From positions 3,522-67,521 of the forward strand of contig JADFXM010000039.1 of the NCBI GenBank assembly GCA_015233565.1: a DNA stretch of 64,000 nucleotides, written 5' to 3'. Below, one piece after another: positions 40,696 through 49,231 of this stretch. Position 1 is the stretch's first letter. Each line of letters begins with the position of its first letter. This DNA is from Candidatus Rifleibacteriota bacterium (lineage in GTDB: Bacteria > Muiribacteriota > Ozemobacteria > Ozemobacterales > Ozemobacteraceae). The notes beneath the pieces are model-generated. The model saw nothing but the letters and a program-made list of their open reading frames with translations. It was not told where the DNA came from and ran no database searches. A program made the translations under genes and the position numbers.

Positions 40696-41225
40696 TGGTT
40701 GTACAGGTAAACACTTTTCTCGAAAAACATTGTTTCGTCCGGATCATCGGGCGCGCTAACGTTAAGTTTGATTTTCAAAAGTCTGGGAGAATGTCGTTCG
40801 AATTTTACAGTGGAAACTCCACTTAAAATGGGGTTGGGAAGACCTTTGAATGACTTTAACTGGTTGCTTCCTGAAGCGGTTTTCACAATATAAAAGAGGG
40901 AATTTTCAGTAAAAATGAACCCTCGGCTTTCTGCCGCTGGGGCGAGGTTCCAATCAGCCATAGCCGGTTTAAATATACATTGCTTGCTTTCCCCCTGGAA
41001 AGGAAATTCTATTTCGGCTGCATTTTGAATCTCAAGAGCTATGTTGTTCAGGGTTCTTTTAACGTCATATGACCATTTCGAGCGCGTTTGAGCTATTCTC
41101 ATATCCCTGGAAGAAAGAAAAAACATAAAACAAGCTGCACCAGCCGCCAGAGAAAGGAAAAGAACCGCCAGAAACATGTCGGTTAAAAGGTAACCCTTTC
41201 TCAAATTATTGAAGTAATCGCTCAT
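40692..41225 (-). CDS. Prepilin-like protein (PilW/GspJ-like)
   Basis: Class III-like signal RKG|YLLTDMFLAVLFL; IALEIQNA helix. Confidence 0.6.
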   Translation of the reverse strand: MSDYFNNLRKGYLLTDMFLAVLFLSLAAGAACFMFFLSSRDMRIAQTRSKWSYDVKRTLNNIALEIQNAAEIEFPFQGESKQCIFKPAMADWNLAPAAESRGFIFTENSLFYIVKTASGSNQLKSFKGLPNPILSGVSTVKFERHSPRLLKIKLNVSAPDDPDETMFFEKSVYLYNQ

Positions 41226-41254
41226 TATGCACTACCAATTTTCCATTGTCATTA

Positions 41255-41665
41255 TTACGGCCTTGTTTGAGAAACCATTGCTTCAAGCACAACTTGCTTT
41301 CTGAAAAAAAGCATTCCCCATTGAACTTGAGCACGAACAACAGTAATATCAGGAAGATTCGGATGAGGAAAAGCTTCCACCTTCCCTTCAAAAGGAGTAT
41401 CTCCCGGAAAAGAAATCGGATGAAACTCCGTCTTGGGCATTATTTCAATGAATGGTTTTGAAAGAGCTTCGGATAAGAGATTCTCCACCGCCATGGCAGC
41501 CTGTCTGTGTGAATCCGAAAAAAAAAGTGGGACATCATGCACAGACCAGAGTTGGATAAACGGTAACAGGAAAAAAGTCAGAGATCCAAAGGCCAGCACT
41601 GTTCTTAATGCACTGTTACCGTTTCGACTAAGTTTCTTAAGGATTAAGTGCCGCATATTCTTCAA
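41255..41665 (-). CDS. Prepilin-like protein (PilV/GspI-like)
   Basis: RNG|NSALRTVLAFGSL; QAAMAVENLLSE; C-terminal VVRAQVQW. Confidence 0.5.
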   Translation of the reverse strand: MKNMRHLILKKLSRNGNSALRTVLAFGSLTFFLLPFIQLWSVHDVPLFFSDSHRQAAMAVENLLSEALSKPFIEIMPKTEFHPISFPGDTPFEGKVEAFPHPNLPDITVVRAQVQWGMLFFRKQVVLEAMVSQTRP

Positions 41666-42704
41666 GTTCCCTTATATATCTCTCTGCCATAGCAATTTTT
41701 TCTTCTTCCTGAGTTGCCAGTGTATATTTTTTCCAGGTTCCGATTGCATCCCGATGCTGCCCCAACCTCTCATAAATTATTGCAAGGTTGTATAGGGCTT
41801 TGTCCATAAACGGATCTTGTTTCAAAGCAGATTTATAAGCATCAATTGCTTCGTCATAACGCCTTTCCATGTCAAACAAACAGGCCAAATTATAGAGGGC
41901 TTGCGTGTTTTTGGGATACAGAGATCTAATTTCCTGATACGCTTTTATGGCATCTTCAGTATCATTTTCCTTAAAAATTTCATAAGCTGCATTCAATTTT
42001 TGAGAAAGAAGGCTGGGAACCACAGGAATACTCTTTTGGGGAGCACGAACCCGCGTATCTGCCACTCCATTTCCCGTTCTGAAAAGAGAAAAGTAATGAT
42101 TTACCTTCTTTACATAGTTCATTGTTTCACGGATTCTGGGAACTCCTCGGGCTTGTTCGACTCTTCCTGGGCCTGAGTTGTATGCTGCGAGGGCGAAATC
42201 AAGGTCCCAATTAAATTTTTCGAGCATCATTCGAAGATATCTTGTTCCTCCGAGAATGTTCTCCTTGGGATCAAATGAGTTGTAACATTGAACAAGTTTT
42301 GCTGTGGAGGGAATTAACTGCATTAATCCCTGGGCATTCTTTGAGGAGACAATTCCCGGGTCAAAATCCGATTCAACTTTGATCACTGCTTTGATTAAGT
42401 ATGGATCCACAGAGTATGTCCTGGCAGCTTCATTAATGATTTCACTATAAGTTTCATCATTTGGAAGGAGGATTTTCTGCGGCGTTACGGAATTTATACA
42501 CTGCGTGCCTGGAGGCCCATCGGGATCAGCTCTGTCTTTTCGGGAAGTTACAACTATCTGATATTTTTTATTGGGCGGATTGTCAGTCAAAAACAATCTC
42601 CCTTGCTCATCGCGATAGGAGTAAATGGCTCCCTCCAGAAATGAAAGAGGTAATACCAGAAAAAACACCCCGGCAAGCAAAATATTCTTAACCTTGATAT
42701 TCAA
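41637..42704 (-). CDS. Soluble lytic transglycosylase with DUF4124-like N-terminus and C-terminal TPRs
   Basis: IYSYRDEQGRLFLTDNP; AVIKVESDF (catalytic Glu), GLMQL, AAYNSG and ETMNYV; TPRs with ALYNLA; GGAGG RBS favours TTG at 42704. Confidence 0.9.
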   Translation of the reverse strand: MNIKVKNILLAGVFFLVLPLSFLEGAIYSYRDEQGRLFLTDNPPNKKYQIVVTSRKDRADPDGPPGTQCINSVTPQKILLPNDETYSEIINEAARTYSVDPYLIKAVIKVESDFDPGIVSSKNAQGLMQLIPSTAKLVQCYNSFDPKENILGGTRYLRMMLEKFNWDLDFALAAYNSGPGRVEQARGVPRIRETMNYVKKVNHYFSLFRTGNGVADTRVRAPQKSIPVVPSLLSQKLNAAYEIFKENDTEDAIKAYQEIRSLYPKNTQALYNLACLFDMERRYDEAIDAYKSALKQDPFMDKALYNLAIIYERLGQHRDAIGTWKKYTLATQEEEKIAMAERYIRELEEYAALNP

Positions 42705-42742
42705 TGCTTCCCTCCAAATTGGTTGAACCAAGTCAACCCGTG

Positions 42743-42769
42743 CTATCGACGAAAAGCTTTATTTCCTTA
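42743..42769 (-). promoter_or_regulatory. Putative sigma28-type promoter
   Basis: (T)TAAGGAAA-N11-GTCGATAG, 38 nt upstream of the start. Confidence 0.6.
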
Positions 42770-42832
42770 ATAAAAATTATATATTTATTTTATTTTAACA
42801 CCTGTTTTCAAAAATTTCCTGTTTTTAAAATC

Positions 42833-42861
42833 TTGATAGAGATTACTGAGAAAGGTATAAT
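42833..42861 (+). promoter_or_regulatory. sigma70-type promoter
   Basis: TTGATA-N17-TATAAT, ending 14 nt before ATG 42876. Confidence 0.7.
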
Positions 42862-42875
42862 CTAAAATTTAGTTT

Positions 42876-43565
42876 ATGGAAATTAAAACAAATAAAGTTT
42901 ACTCAGCGATTATTGCATTTTTTGCTCTGGCAATGCTTCTTTTCGGGGGATTTTATTTTTCCGGACGCCAGAAGAATAATGAATTCTGCCGCTTGGTGGA
43001 TGAAGGGGCTTCATTTTTCCAAAATGAAAAACTTGACCAGGCAATAGATTCCTTTGGAAAGGCAGTTTCACTAAATACCAGTTCCCGACGCTTTTTCGTA
43101 TCTATTCAAAAAATGTTTGGGAAGAAATACCCGGACCCGAAAGAAGTTGTACTTATGCGCAGCGAAGTATTTCTTTCCAAGGCTTATGATGAGCTTTTCC
43201 TTTTGAAACCTGCAGAAAGTTATCTTGAAAAAGCAAAAAATGGAATCTACAATATCAATACTCCTGAAGCAGAGGAATTGAAAAATAGCCTTATTACAGC
43301 CTTAGGCGTTTCACGTCTTTGTCAAACTATAGTAAAACGGAATTTTCAAAAAGTCCTCAAAGACCTTCTTGAAGTTGAAAAAAAAGCCTCAGCTACTGAC
43401 AAGGATTTTTTCATCATGGAGATAAGGCTCCTTATAATTTGTGGAAAATCCTTGAAAAACCAGGAACTTCTTCAGCAAGCACGCGAGCTTCTTTGGATAA
43501 TCACTTCAAAATCATCCACCCGCGATCGAAGGACCGATACCCTCTGGACTCTCCTTAGTAGATGA
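42876..43565 (+). CDS. Membrane-anchored TPR-like hypothetical protein
   Basis: N-terminal TM helix; EGASFFQNEKLDQAIDSFGKAVSLN TPR-like repeat. Confidence 0.7.
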   Translation: MEIKTNKVYSAIIAFFALAMLLFGGFYFSGRQKNNEFCRLVDEGASFFQNEKLDQAIDSFGKAVSLNTSSRRFFVSIQKMFGKKYPDPKEVVLMRSEVFLSKAYDELFLLKPAESYLEKAKNGIYNINTPEAEELKNSLITALGVSRLCQTIVKRNFQKVLKDLLEVEKKASATDKDFFIMEIRLLIICGKSLKNQELLQQARELLWIITSKSSTRDRRTDTLWTLLSR

Positions 43566-44386
43566 CTATTAGATACAACCCGCAATCCCTACAAAAAAAC
43601 TTTGCCAAACTACAGTTTCCCAATTTGCCGAGCAAAATGCCATTAGAGGCGGAAATTATTTTTTGGGGAAGAAATTTTTGGAACAAAAGCGAGTGTTGCT
43701 TTAGCCCAGGAACCTTCTTCTGGAAACCGGAAAACATTTCTGAAGAAAGATTTGTCGAATATGGAATCGATGCGTGCAGATTAGCTATGTTATCTGTGCC
43801 TTCAAATGTGGTTCCTTGTGATGAATTGTTGGAATCCTCGTTCAAATGGTTATCATCATTTTATGAGGCTTTCACCGGCCTGCGAAAAAATTTGGAAACA
43901 TGGGTTTCGGATTGCTGGCTCACGGCTGCTCGAGCTTCATACGATCATCTTTTAACCAGAGATCGTCCATACGCTTCATTTTCAGTAATAAGAAAAGCCT
44001 TTATACAAATGCCGATTGTCAAATCAACTCCAACTGAAGGAAAATTGCTTTCTTTGTTGCTCTTAATTCCTTTCGCTCCGATCTTGGGGGCATCTCTTTT
44101 AAATGAAATTTCAGGGGGTTTGAATTTCTCAAAGCTAAACTTCACAATAGATTCATTAATTTCAACGTTTTCCCCCTTGCAACCATTTTGCATCACCACA
44201 AAAAACGGTGGACGAAAGTGGGAAATCTTTGATTGTCAAGACATCTCCGAATATCCCAAAATTGAAATATCCAAACTGGAATGGGTGAAAAAATCTTTGA
44301 AAAATGTTGAATGGAATCTTTCAAAAACAGAAAATGGTTGGATGATATGCCCCTTGGAGAAAAATTTGATTTCAAAGGGTTCCTGA
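43562..44386 (+). CDS. Truncated LeuRS-like protein (anticodon-binding and C-terminal domains, no catalytic motifs)
   Basis: YNPQSLQK, EYGIDACRLAML, LESSFKWL, LLIPFAPILGASL and TKNGGRK...KLEWVKKSL resemble LeuRS segments; no HIGH or KMSKS. Confidence 0.6.
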   Translation: MTIRYNPQSLQKNFAKLQFPNLPSKMPLEAEIIFWGRNFWNKSECCFSPGTFFWKPENISEERFVEYGIDACRLAMLSVPSNVVPCDELLESSFKWLSSFYEAFTGLRKNLETWVSDCWLTAARASYDHLLTRDRPYASFSVIRKAFIQMPIVKSTPTEGKLLSLLLLIPFAPILGASLLNEISGGLNFSKLNFTIDSLISTFSPLQPFCITTKNGGRKWEIFDCQDISEYPKIEISKLEWVKKSLKNVEWNLSKTENGWMICPLEKNLISKGS

Positions 44387-44739
44387 CGCTGATTGTTCTG
44401 GTAACCCTTTTCACTCTCTTGAATGGTCTGATAGTTAAAGATCCAGAGCCATTTAAGACTTACTTTAATTCTCAGAATGGGCTTTCTGAAAAAAAAAATA
44501 GTGAAAGTCGGGAGCCCCAGGACAATTCAAATTTAAATTCCGTCTCCCCGGAAAGACTCATTCAAGCTTCAAACTTTAATTCTCATTTGGTGCATTTAAT
44601 AGTCTTAGAAAGAAGTATCCGCTCTTTTTCGGATTGGGATGAGCTGAAAAGGCGTATCCCAGAAATAAAAGACTCAGATATCAGTTCTTTAAAACTTTCG
44701 GGAATCACTATAATCTCGAAAGTTGCATCATCTCAATAA
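44347..44739 (+). CDS. ComEA-like membrane-anchored helix-hairpin-helix protein (degenerate)
   Basis: TM helix, polar linker, then LNSVSPERL...IVLERSIRSFSDWDELKRRIPEI; directly before comEC. Confidence 0.6.
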   Translation: MPLGEKFDFKGFLTLIVLVTLFTLLNGLIVKDPEPFKTYFNSQNGLSEKKNSESREPQDNSNLNSVSPERLIQASNFNSHLVHLIVLERSIRSFSDWDELKRRIPEIKDSDISSLKLSGITIISKVASSQ

Positions 44740-44798
44740 AGAAGAGTAAATGTGTTATTTAATGATTTCAGTAATGCCAAGAATCAGCGGTTCACTAA

Positions 44799-47009
44799 AT
44801 GACTCGGTCTAAAACAAGTGAGCCATCTACCTCTCCGACTTCGAGAGAGCCTAATATTGCAGTTTTCACGGTTCTTTTCATTATTGGGGTAGTGTTCTCG
44901 AAGGATTTTTCGCCAAATTTTAATTTTTTTCTTCTTTCCTTGATTTTTGTTTTTAGTATTGCAGGATATTTTTTTGGAAAAAGGAAGTCCTGGGAAGCCT
45001 CAAAAATTTTTTTGTTCTCTGCCGCTGTTTTTGTGGGCATGTACACAGGAATTCAAGGAACTCCTCCGGCGCCCCCGAGTGACATCCTGAATAGCTTGGC
45101 GGACACGGATGGTGAAATATCCGGAGTTTTCAATCGTGATTTCAGCAAATCCGGAAAAGAAGGATTTTCGTTTCTTCTTAACGACGTGGACCTGACAAGC
45201 GGGGGGAAAGATTTCCGACTTCCTTTTTTGGTCAGACTCAAAGTTTCAAACCCTGAGTTTTTTCCTGAACCAGGAGTCAGGTATTCAGCAAGTGGAACAT
45301 TCAAAGTTGAAAAACGTCGTCTAGCAATGGTCTGCAAAAATTATCGAATTGTTCCGCAGGAAATTCTTTTGTCGCTTTCAGGAACCACAAGGGAATGGAT
45401 TAAAGATGGCTTCAAGAGTATGTTATCGCCAAGGCATCACGCATTGCTCTCGGGCTTTCTCATCGGGGATACATCGAAATTAAGCTACTCCGACCGTGAA
45501 CTATTTAGGAAGACTGGAATCACGCACCTTTTGGCTGTTTCCGGACAACAGGTTATGTCGCTGGCTTTTCTTTTAGCTGCTATTCTAAGTTGGACAGGCA
45601 TTCCTCCTCTTTCCCGTGGCTTTGTCATCTCAGGTTTTCTGTTTTTTTTCGGACTTATGACCGGAGGACAATCTTCAGTCTGGCGTGCTTTGATAATGTA
45701 TGTTGCCGGCTTCATAATATGGAACCTCGAAAGTGAGCCTAATCCAATGGTTCCACTTTCAATTTCCGCATTAGTCCTTCTTCTTTACCAACCCACATTA
45801 ATTTACGACTTAGGATTCCAACTAAGTTTTCTGGCAGTCTTAGGAATAATATTTGTTCGTGAACCCATAGAAAAAATGCTTGCCCGTTTCGGGATTCCTC
45901 TGCTTCTGGCTCGATATATTGCAGTGTCAACGGGTGCAAACATTGCAACCATTCCAATTTCGGCGTGGCATTTTCAATATATTTCATTTTCCTCCTTCAT
46001 AATAAATCCACTTGTGGTTTGGCTATTTTCAGTTGTTCTTCCAATGGGACTTGCGGTTTCAATAGTCGGGCATTTTTGGTTTAACGGGGGATTGATAATT
46101 GCTGCAGCGCTTTCTTTAATAATTGATTCCATGATGACTATGGTTGAGTTCGTTTCACGTTTTCCTTTTGCAATTCTCACGATTTCAAATTTTCATCCCC
46201 TGATTCTGGTGGGAATCTATGCATTGATTTTATTTACCATCGATTATTTCACCTCCGTCCCAGGGGAAATTTCGACTTCTGGTCCTTCTTCTGTTCATAC
46301 TTCAATTCCGGCTGCCTCACAAGCCTTAACCCAAGCTGGAACTCCAGCTTTCAAAAAAAATAAAGAATCTGGAAAATCCTACCTGCTCATTGAAAAAGAA
46401 GAGCCCCAAGTTAAGAGGAAAGTAAGCGCAGTTAATCGAAAAATGCGATTCTTTGATTCGGATTTACTTAATATTCTCGAAGTTCTACTTTCCCAACTTC
46501 CTAAAAGGTCTCTTAAATCGAAAGGGAACATTGAGTTGTTAAATTTTCCCGTATCAAAATTGAGTGTTGATGGGCAAACTTTCTTTCATAGACTGGACGA
46601 TCTTACCGCCGAAATACTTACGCGGGAGCCTCAAAGAATTATTCAGGCCCAGCTATTTTGCCTTGCGCTCTTTTGCATGGAATTCGCATTTGATAATACT
46701 TTTACTGCATACTGCAAATCTTTTTGTTCACGACAAAACGAAGCTTTGGGAAAAGAAAAACGGGACCGGGCATTATTGATTTGCATGGCTTTTGAAGCTT
46801 TTCCCCGCCCAATTTCAGAAGAAACTGAGGGGAACAATATTCCCAAATACCCGCTGGCAAGAGAAATTTTCCAGGATGGCTTAGAGCTCCTTGGGAGTCA
46901 AATTTTTCAGAAATCGACTTCAAAAGATGATTACTTATCGATGATAAAAGACCATATGGATTACCGAAAAAGAGTGTTAAACCAGATACGGGGACAATTT
47001 GCAAAGTGA
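44799..47009 (+). CDS. comEC: ComEC/Rec2 competence channel protein with an atypical C-terminal domain
   Basis: FRKTGITHLLAVSGQ, SVWRALIM, DLGFQLSFLA and HFQYIS...INP motifs. Confidence 0.9.
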   Translation: MTRSKTSEPSTSPTSREPNIAVFTVLFIIGVVFSKDFSPNFNFFLLSLIFVFSIAGYFFGKRKSWEASKIFLFSAAVFVGMYTGIQGTPPAPPSDILNSLADTDGEISGVFNRDFSKSGKEGFSFLLNDVDLTSGGKDFRLPFLVRLKVSNPEFFPEPGVRYSASGTFKVEKRRLAMVCKNYRIVPQEILLSLSGTTREWIKDGFKSMLSPRHHALLSGFLIGDTSKLSYSDRELFRKTGITHLLAVSGQQVMSLAFLLAAILSWTGIPPLSRGFVISGFLFFFGLMTGGQSSVWRALIMYVAGFIIWNLESEPNPMVPLSISALVLLLYQPTLIYDLGFQLSFLAVLGIIFVREPIEKMLARFGIPLLLARYIAVSTGANIATIPISAWHFQYISFSSFIINPLVVWLFSVVLPMGLAVSIVGHFWFNGGLIIAAALSLIIDSMMTMVEFVSRFPFAILTISNFHPLILVGIYALILFTIDYFTSVPGEISTSGPSSVHTSIPAASQALTQAGTPAFKKNKESGKSYLLIEKEEPQVKRKVSAVNRKMRFFDSDLLNILEVLLSQLPKRSLKSKGNIELLNFPVSKLSVDGQTFFHRLDDLTAEILTREPQRIIQAQLFCLALFCMEFAFDNTFTAYCKSFCSRQNEALGKEKRDRALLICMAFEAFPRPISEETEGNNIPKYPLAREIFQDGLELLGSQIFQKSTSKDDYLSMIKDHMDYRKRVLNQIRGQFAK

Positions 47010-47308
47010 CATTCCGGCCCAATGAACGGGGCAAACGCCTATTTTTGTTGATCTGAGGCGGTTAATCCAATCAAAGTGGATTTATAAATCATATTTTTCT
47101 GTCAATATTTTCATCAAAAAATGGGCGCTTTATACGAAATATCCGGTAAAGCCGCATCAACAGAAAACCTCATGAAAGATTGATTAGCAGCGAAAAAAGT
47201 TATGGCTGCCCTGGCCCTCTGAAAAAATCTTTCGGGAAAATTTGCATTTTGTCGAATATGAATTTATACTTGCACAACTTTTCTCGAGTATTCCCAAGTG
47301 AGGTTGAC

Positions 47309-47587
47309 ATGTCCGAAATCATTTCCCAATCAAGTTCTTCGGTCGACAAACCATTTCTTCCTTCACCACCTGCAGCCAAAAGTCAGGGATCAGAAGTCCC
47401 AGTAGAAAAAACAGAGAAACAAGAGCTTTCTGACCTGGTATTGAAATTCGAAGCTCAAAACAGAAGTTGTTGGCTTTGCACAAAAATTGCCGGAGTGTTT
47501 AAATCAGGTAAAGAATTATCAGAAGATGACAAATGGCATCTTTCAACTTGTGTTAAAGCTTGGGAAAATGTCCATAAAATGCAATAA
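47309..47587 (+). CDS. Small hypothetical protein with a possible Zn site
   Basis: GAGG RBS; CWLC...HLSTC. Confidence 0.55.
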   Translation: MSEIISQSSSSVDKPFLPSPPAAKSQGSEVPVEKTEKQELSDLVLKFEAQNRSCWLCTKIAGVFKSGKELSEDDKWHLSTCVKAWENVHKMQ

Positions 47588-47812
47588 TGAGCCTGTTGTA
47601 TAATTAATAAAAATCATTAATTATGCAAAATTGAGATTAAGAAAGTGCTTTTTAATGTTGATCTCATGTTTTGGACTTTCGCGAATTTTGGAATTGTGCA
47701 ACAAGCTTTAATCTGCTAGAAACACTCGGTTTGAACCTGTCGATCTAATCATAGTAAGTTTGTCAATGCACTTTGTTGACAAAATTATTTGTTTTTTAAG
47801 GAAGGATCAAGA

Positions 47813-48004
47813 ATGGATAGGAGAGTCATAAAAATTGAATCGTTAAAAGAGCATCAAGATGATCCTTTTGTGCCAGGAACTGTTGAAGAACGTCTGGCGC
47901 TTGTGTGGCCTTTGACTTTGGAATTGGTTTCGATAGGAGGAAAACTCAATGTTGAACGAAGATTACAAAGAGATGTTGTCCGCATTGGTCGAAGAAAAAG
48001 TTGA
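47813..48004 (+). CDS. Small hypothetical protein, partner of the nucleotidyltransferase
   Basis: AGGA RBS; TVEERLALVWPL...RLQRDVVR; overlaps the next gene. Confidence 0.6.
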   Translation: MDRRVIKIESLKEHQDDPFVPGTVEERLALVWPLTLELVSIGGKLNVERRLQRDVVRIGRRKS

Positions 48005-48404
48005 ATTTCTTCTTATAGGGGCATATGCGCTGGCCGTTTTTGGCGTCCCACGGGCTACTGTTGATCTTGATTTATTCGTCAAACCTTCTCCGGAAAATGC
48101 TGCCAAACTGATGCAAGCTCTTGCTCGATTTGGGGCTCCAATGGATCAAATAAATGTTAAAGATTTCGAACATGATGATACGATTTTTCAGATAGGTGTC
48201 GCGCCGCGTCGAATAGATATTTTGACTGGAATAACTGCCTTGAATTTTGATGAAGCGAGTAAAAATGCAATAGATGCGACTATTGAGGGAATTCAACTTA
48301 AGGTTATTTCGATTCAGAACATGATAAAAAACAAAACCGCAATTGGTCGAACGAAAGACTTGGCTGACACGGAAATCCTAAAAAAAATTGCTACCCCATC
48401 GTAA
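47949..48404 (+). CDS. Minimal nucleotidyltransferase (DUF6036/AbiEii-like)
   Basis: LIGAYALAVFGVPRATVDLDL, RIDIL and NKTAIGRTKDLAD motifs; AGGAGG RBS. Confidence 0.8.
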   Translation: MLNEDYKEMLSALVEEKVEFLLIGAYALAVFGVPRATVDLDLFVKPSPENAAKLMQALARFGAPMDQINVKDFEHDDTIFQIGVAPRRIDILTGITALNFDEASKNAIDATIEGIQLKVISIQNMIKNKTAIGRTKDLADTEILKKIATPS

Positions 48405-48475
48405 CCGAGACGAGCTAACATCTTTCATTCTCTCGAAAATAACCAGTTATCGCCCTTCGGTCAGACTTTTATAAA

Positions 48476-48520
48476 CCCTCACCCTAACCCTCACCCACGG
48501 CAACCGCCGGGTAGAGGGAG
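48476..48520 (+). repeat. BoxC-like palindromic repeat
   Basis: ccctcaccctaaccctcaccc...gggtagaggg hairpin. Confidence 0.55.
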
Positions 48521-48638
48521 AAAGCAAGAACTGCGGCCCTTGGGGAACCGCATAAAAAAATGAAAAATCCTATGCCATTAAATTAGAGTTCACTTAACAC
48601 AATGATCTCTAGCGGAGAAAATTTCTACAAAAAATTAC

Positions 48639-48667
48639 TTGACTTGGATGGAGGTCTTTGATATCAT
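48639..48667 (+). promoter_or_regulatory. sigma70 promoter of the tRNA operon
   Basis: TTGACT-N17-TATCAT with a TG extension. Confidence 0.75.
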
Positions 48668-48698
48668 ATGTGAACTGCACCGCTGTTTCGGAGTGCGC

Positions 48699-48772
48699 CG
48701 GGGCGTGGCGCAGTTGGTTAGCGCGCTTGCCTTGGGCGCAAGAGGTCGCTGGTTCGAGTCCAGTCGCCCCGA
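48699..48772 (+). tRNA. tRNA-Pro(TGG)
   Basis: Acceptor cggggcg/cgccccg; anticodon arm cttgc-ctTGGgc-gcaag; GGTTCGAGTCC. Confidence 0.97.
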
Positions 48773-48787
48773 CCGAAGAATTGATTT

Positions 48788-48860
48788 GCGGGAGTAGCTC
48801 AGTTGGTAGAGCGCCACCTTGCCAAGGTGGATGTCGCGGGTCCAAGTCCCGTCTCCCGCT
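48788..48860 (+). tRNA. tRNA-Gly(GCC)
   Basis: Acceptor gcgggag/ctcccgc; anticodon arm ccacc-ttGCCaa-ggtgg; T-loop variant TCCAAGT. Confidence 0.92.
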
Positions 48861-48884
48861 CTGATGTGAGGCTTAAAGGCTTCT

Positions 48885-48958
48885 GCGCCTGTAGCTCAGT
48901 TGGATAGAGCAACAGCCTTCTAAGCTGTGGGCCAGAGGTTCGAGTCCTCTCAGGCGCG
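48885..48958 (+). tRNA. tRNA-Arg(TCT)
   Basis: Acceptor gcgcctg/caggcgc; anticodon arm acagc-ctTCTaa-gctgt. Confidence 0.97.
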
Positions 48959-48973
48959 TTCAGTTAGGTTCGT

Positions 48974-49046
48974 GGTGGGAGTAGCACAATGGCAGTGCGC
49001 TAGACTGTGGATCTAGTCGTTGCGGGTTCGAGTCCCGTCTTCCACC
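48974..49046 (+). tRNA. tRNA-His(GTG)
   Basis: G-1 and C73; acceptor gtgggag/cttccac; anticodon arm ctaga-ctGTGga-tctag. Confidence 0.95.
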
Positions 49047-49061
49047 CAGCAGGAGTTTTAT

Positions 49062-49135
49062 GCGCCTGTAGCTCAATTGGATAGAGCAACGGACTTCGGA
49101 TCCGTAGGCTGAGGGTTCGAATCCTTCCAGGCGCG
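49062..49135 (+). tRNA. tRNA-Arg(TCG)
   Basis: Acceptor gcgcctg/caggcgc; anticodon arm acgga-ctTCGga-tccgt. Confidence 0.96.
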
Positions 49136-49141
49136 AGTTGA

Positions 49142-49213
49142 GGGGCGTTAGCTCAGCGGTAGAGCATCTGCCTTTTAAGCAGAGGGCCGTTGGTTCAACT
49201 CCAACACGCCTCA
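49142..49213 (+). tRNA. tRNA-Lys(TTT)
   Basis: Acceptor ggggcgt/acgcctc; anticodon arm tctgc-ctTTTaa-gcaga. Confidence 0.95.
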
Positions 49214-49231
49214 GTTTCCCTCTTTTTCTTC

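Noticed and set aside
47020-47175. Possible c-di-GMP riboswitch or 6S-like RNA (gggcaaac plus partial inverted repeats)
   Set aside because: The GCAAAG/P2 elements of the c-di-GMP-I aptamer are missing, and the pairing is too patchy to call.
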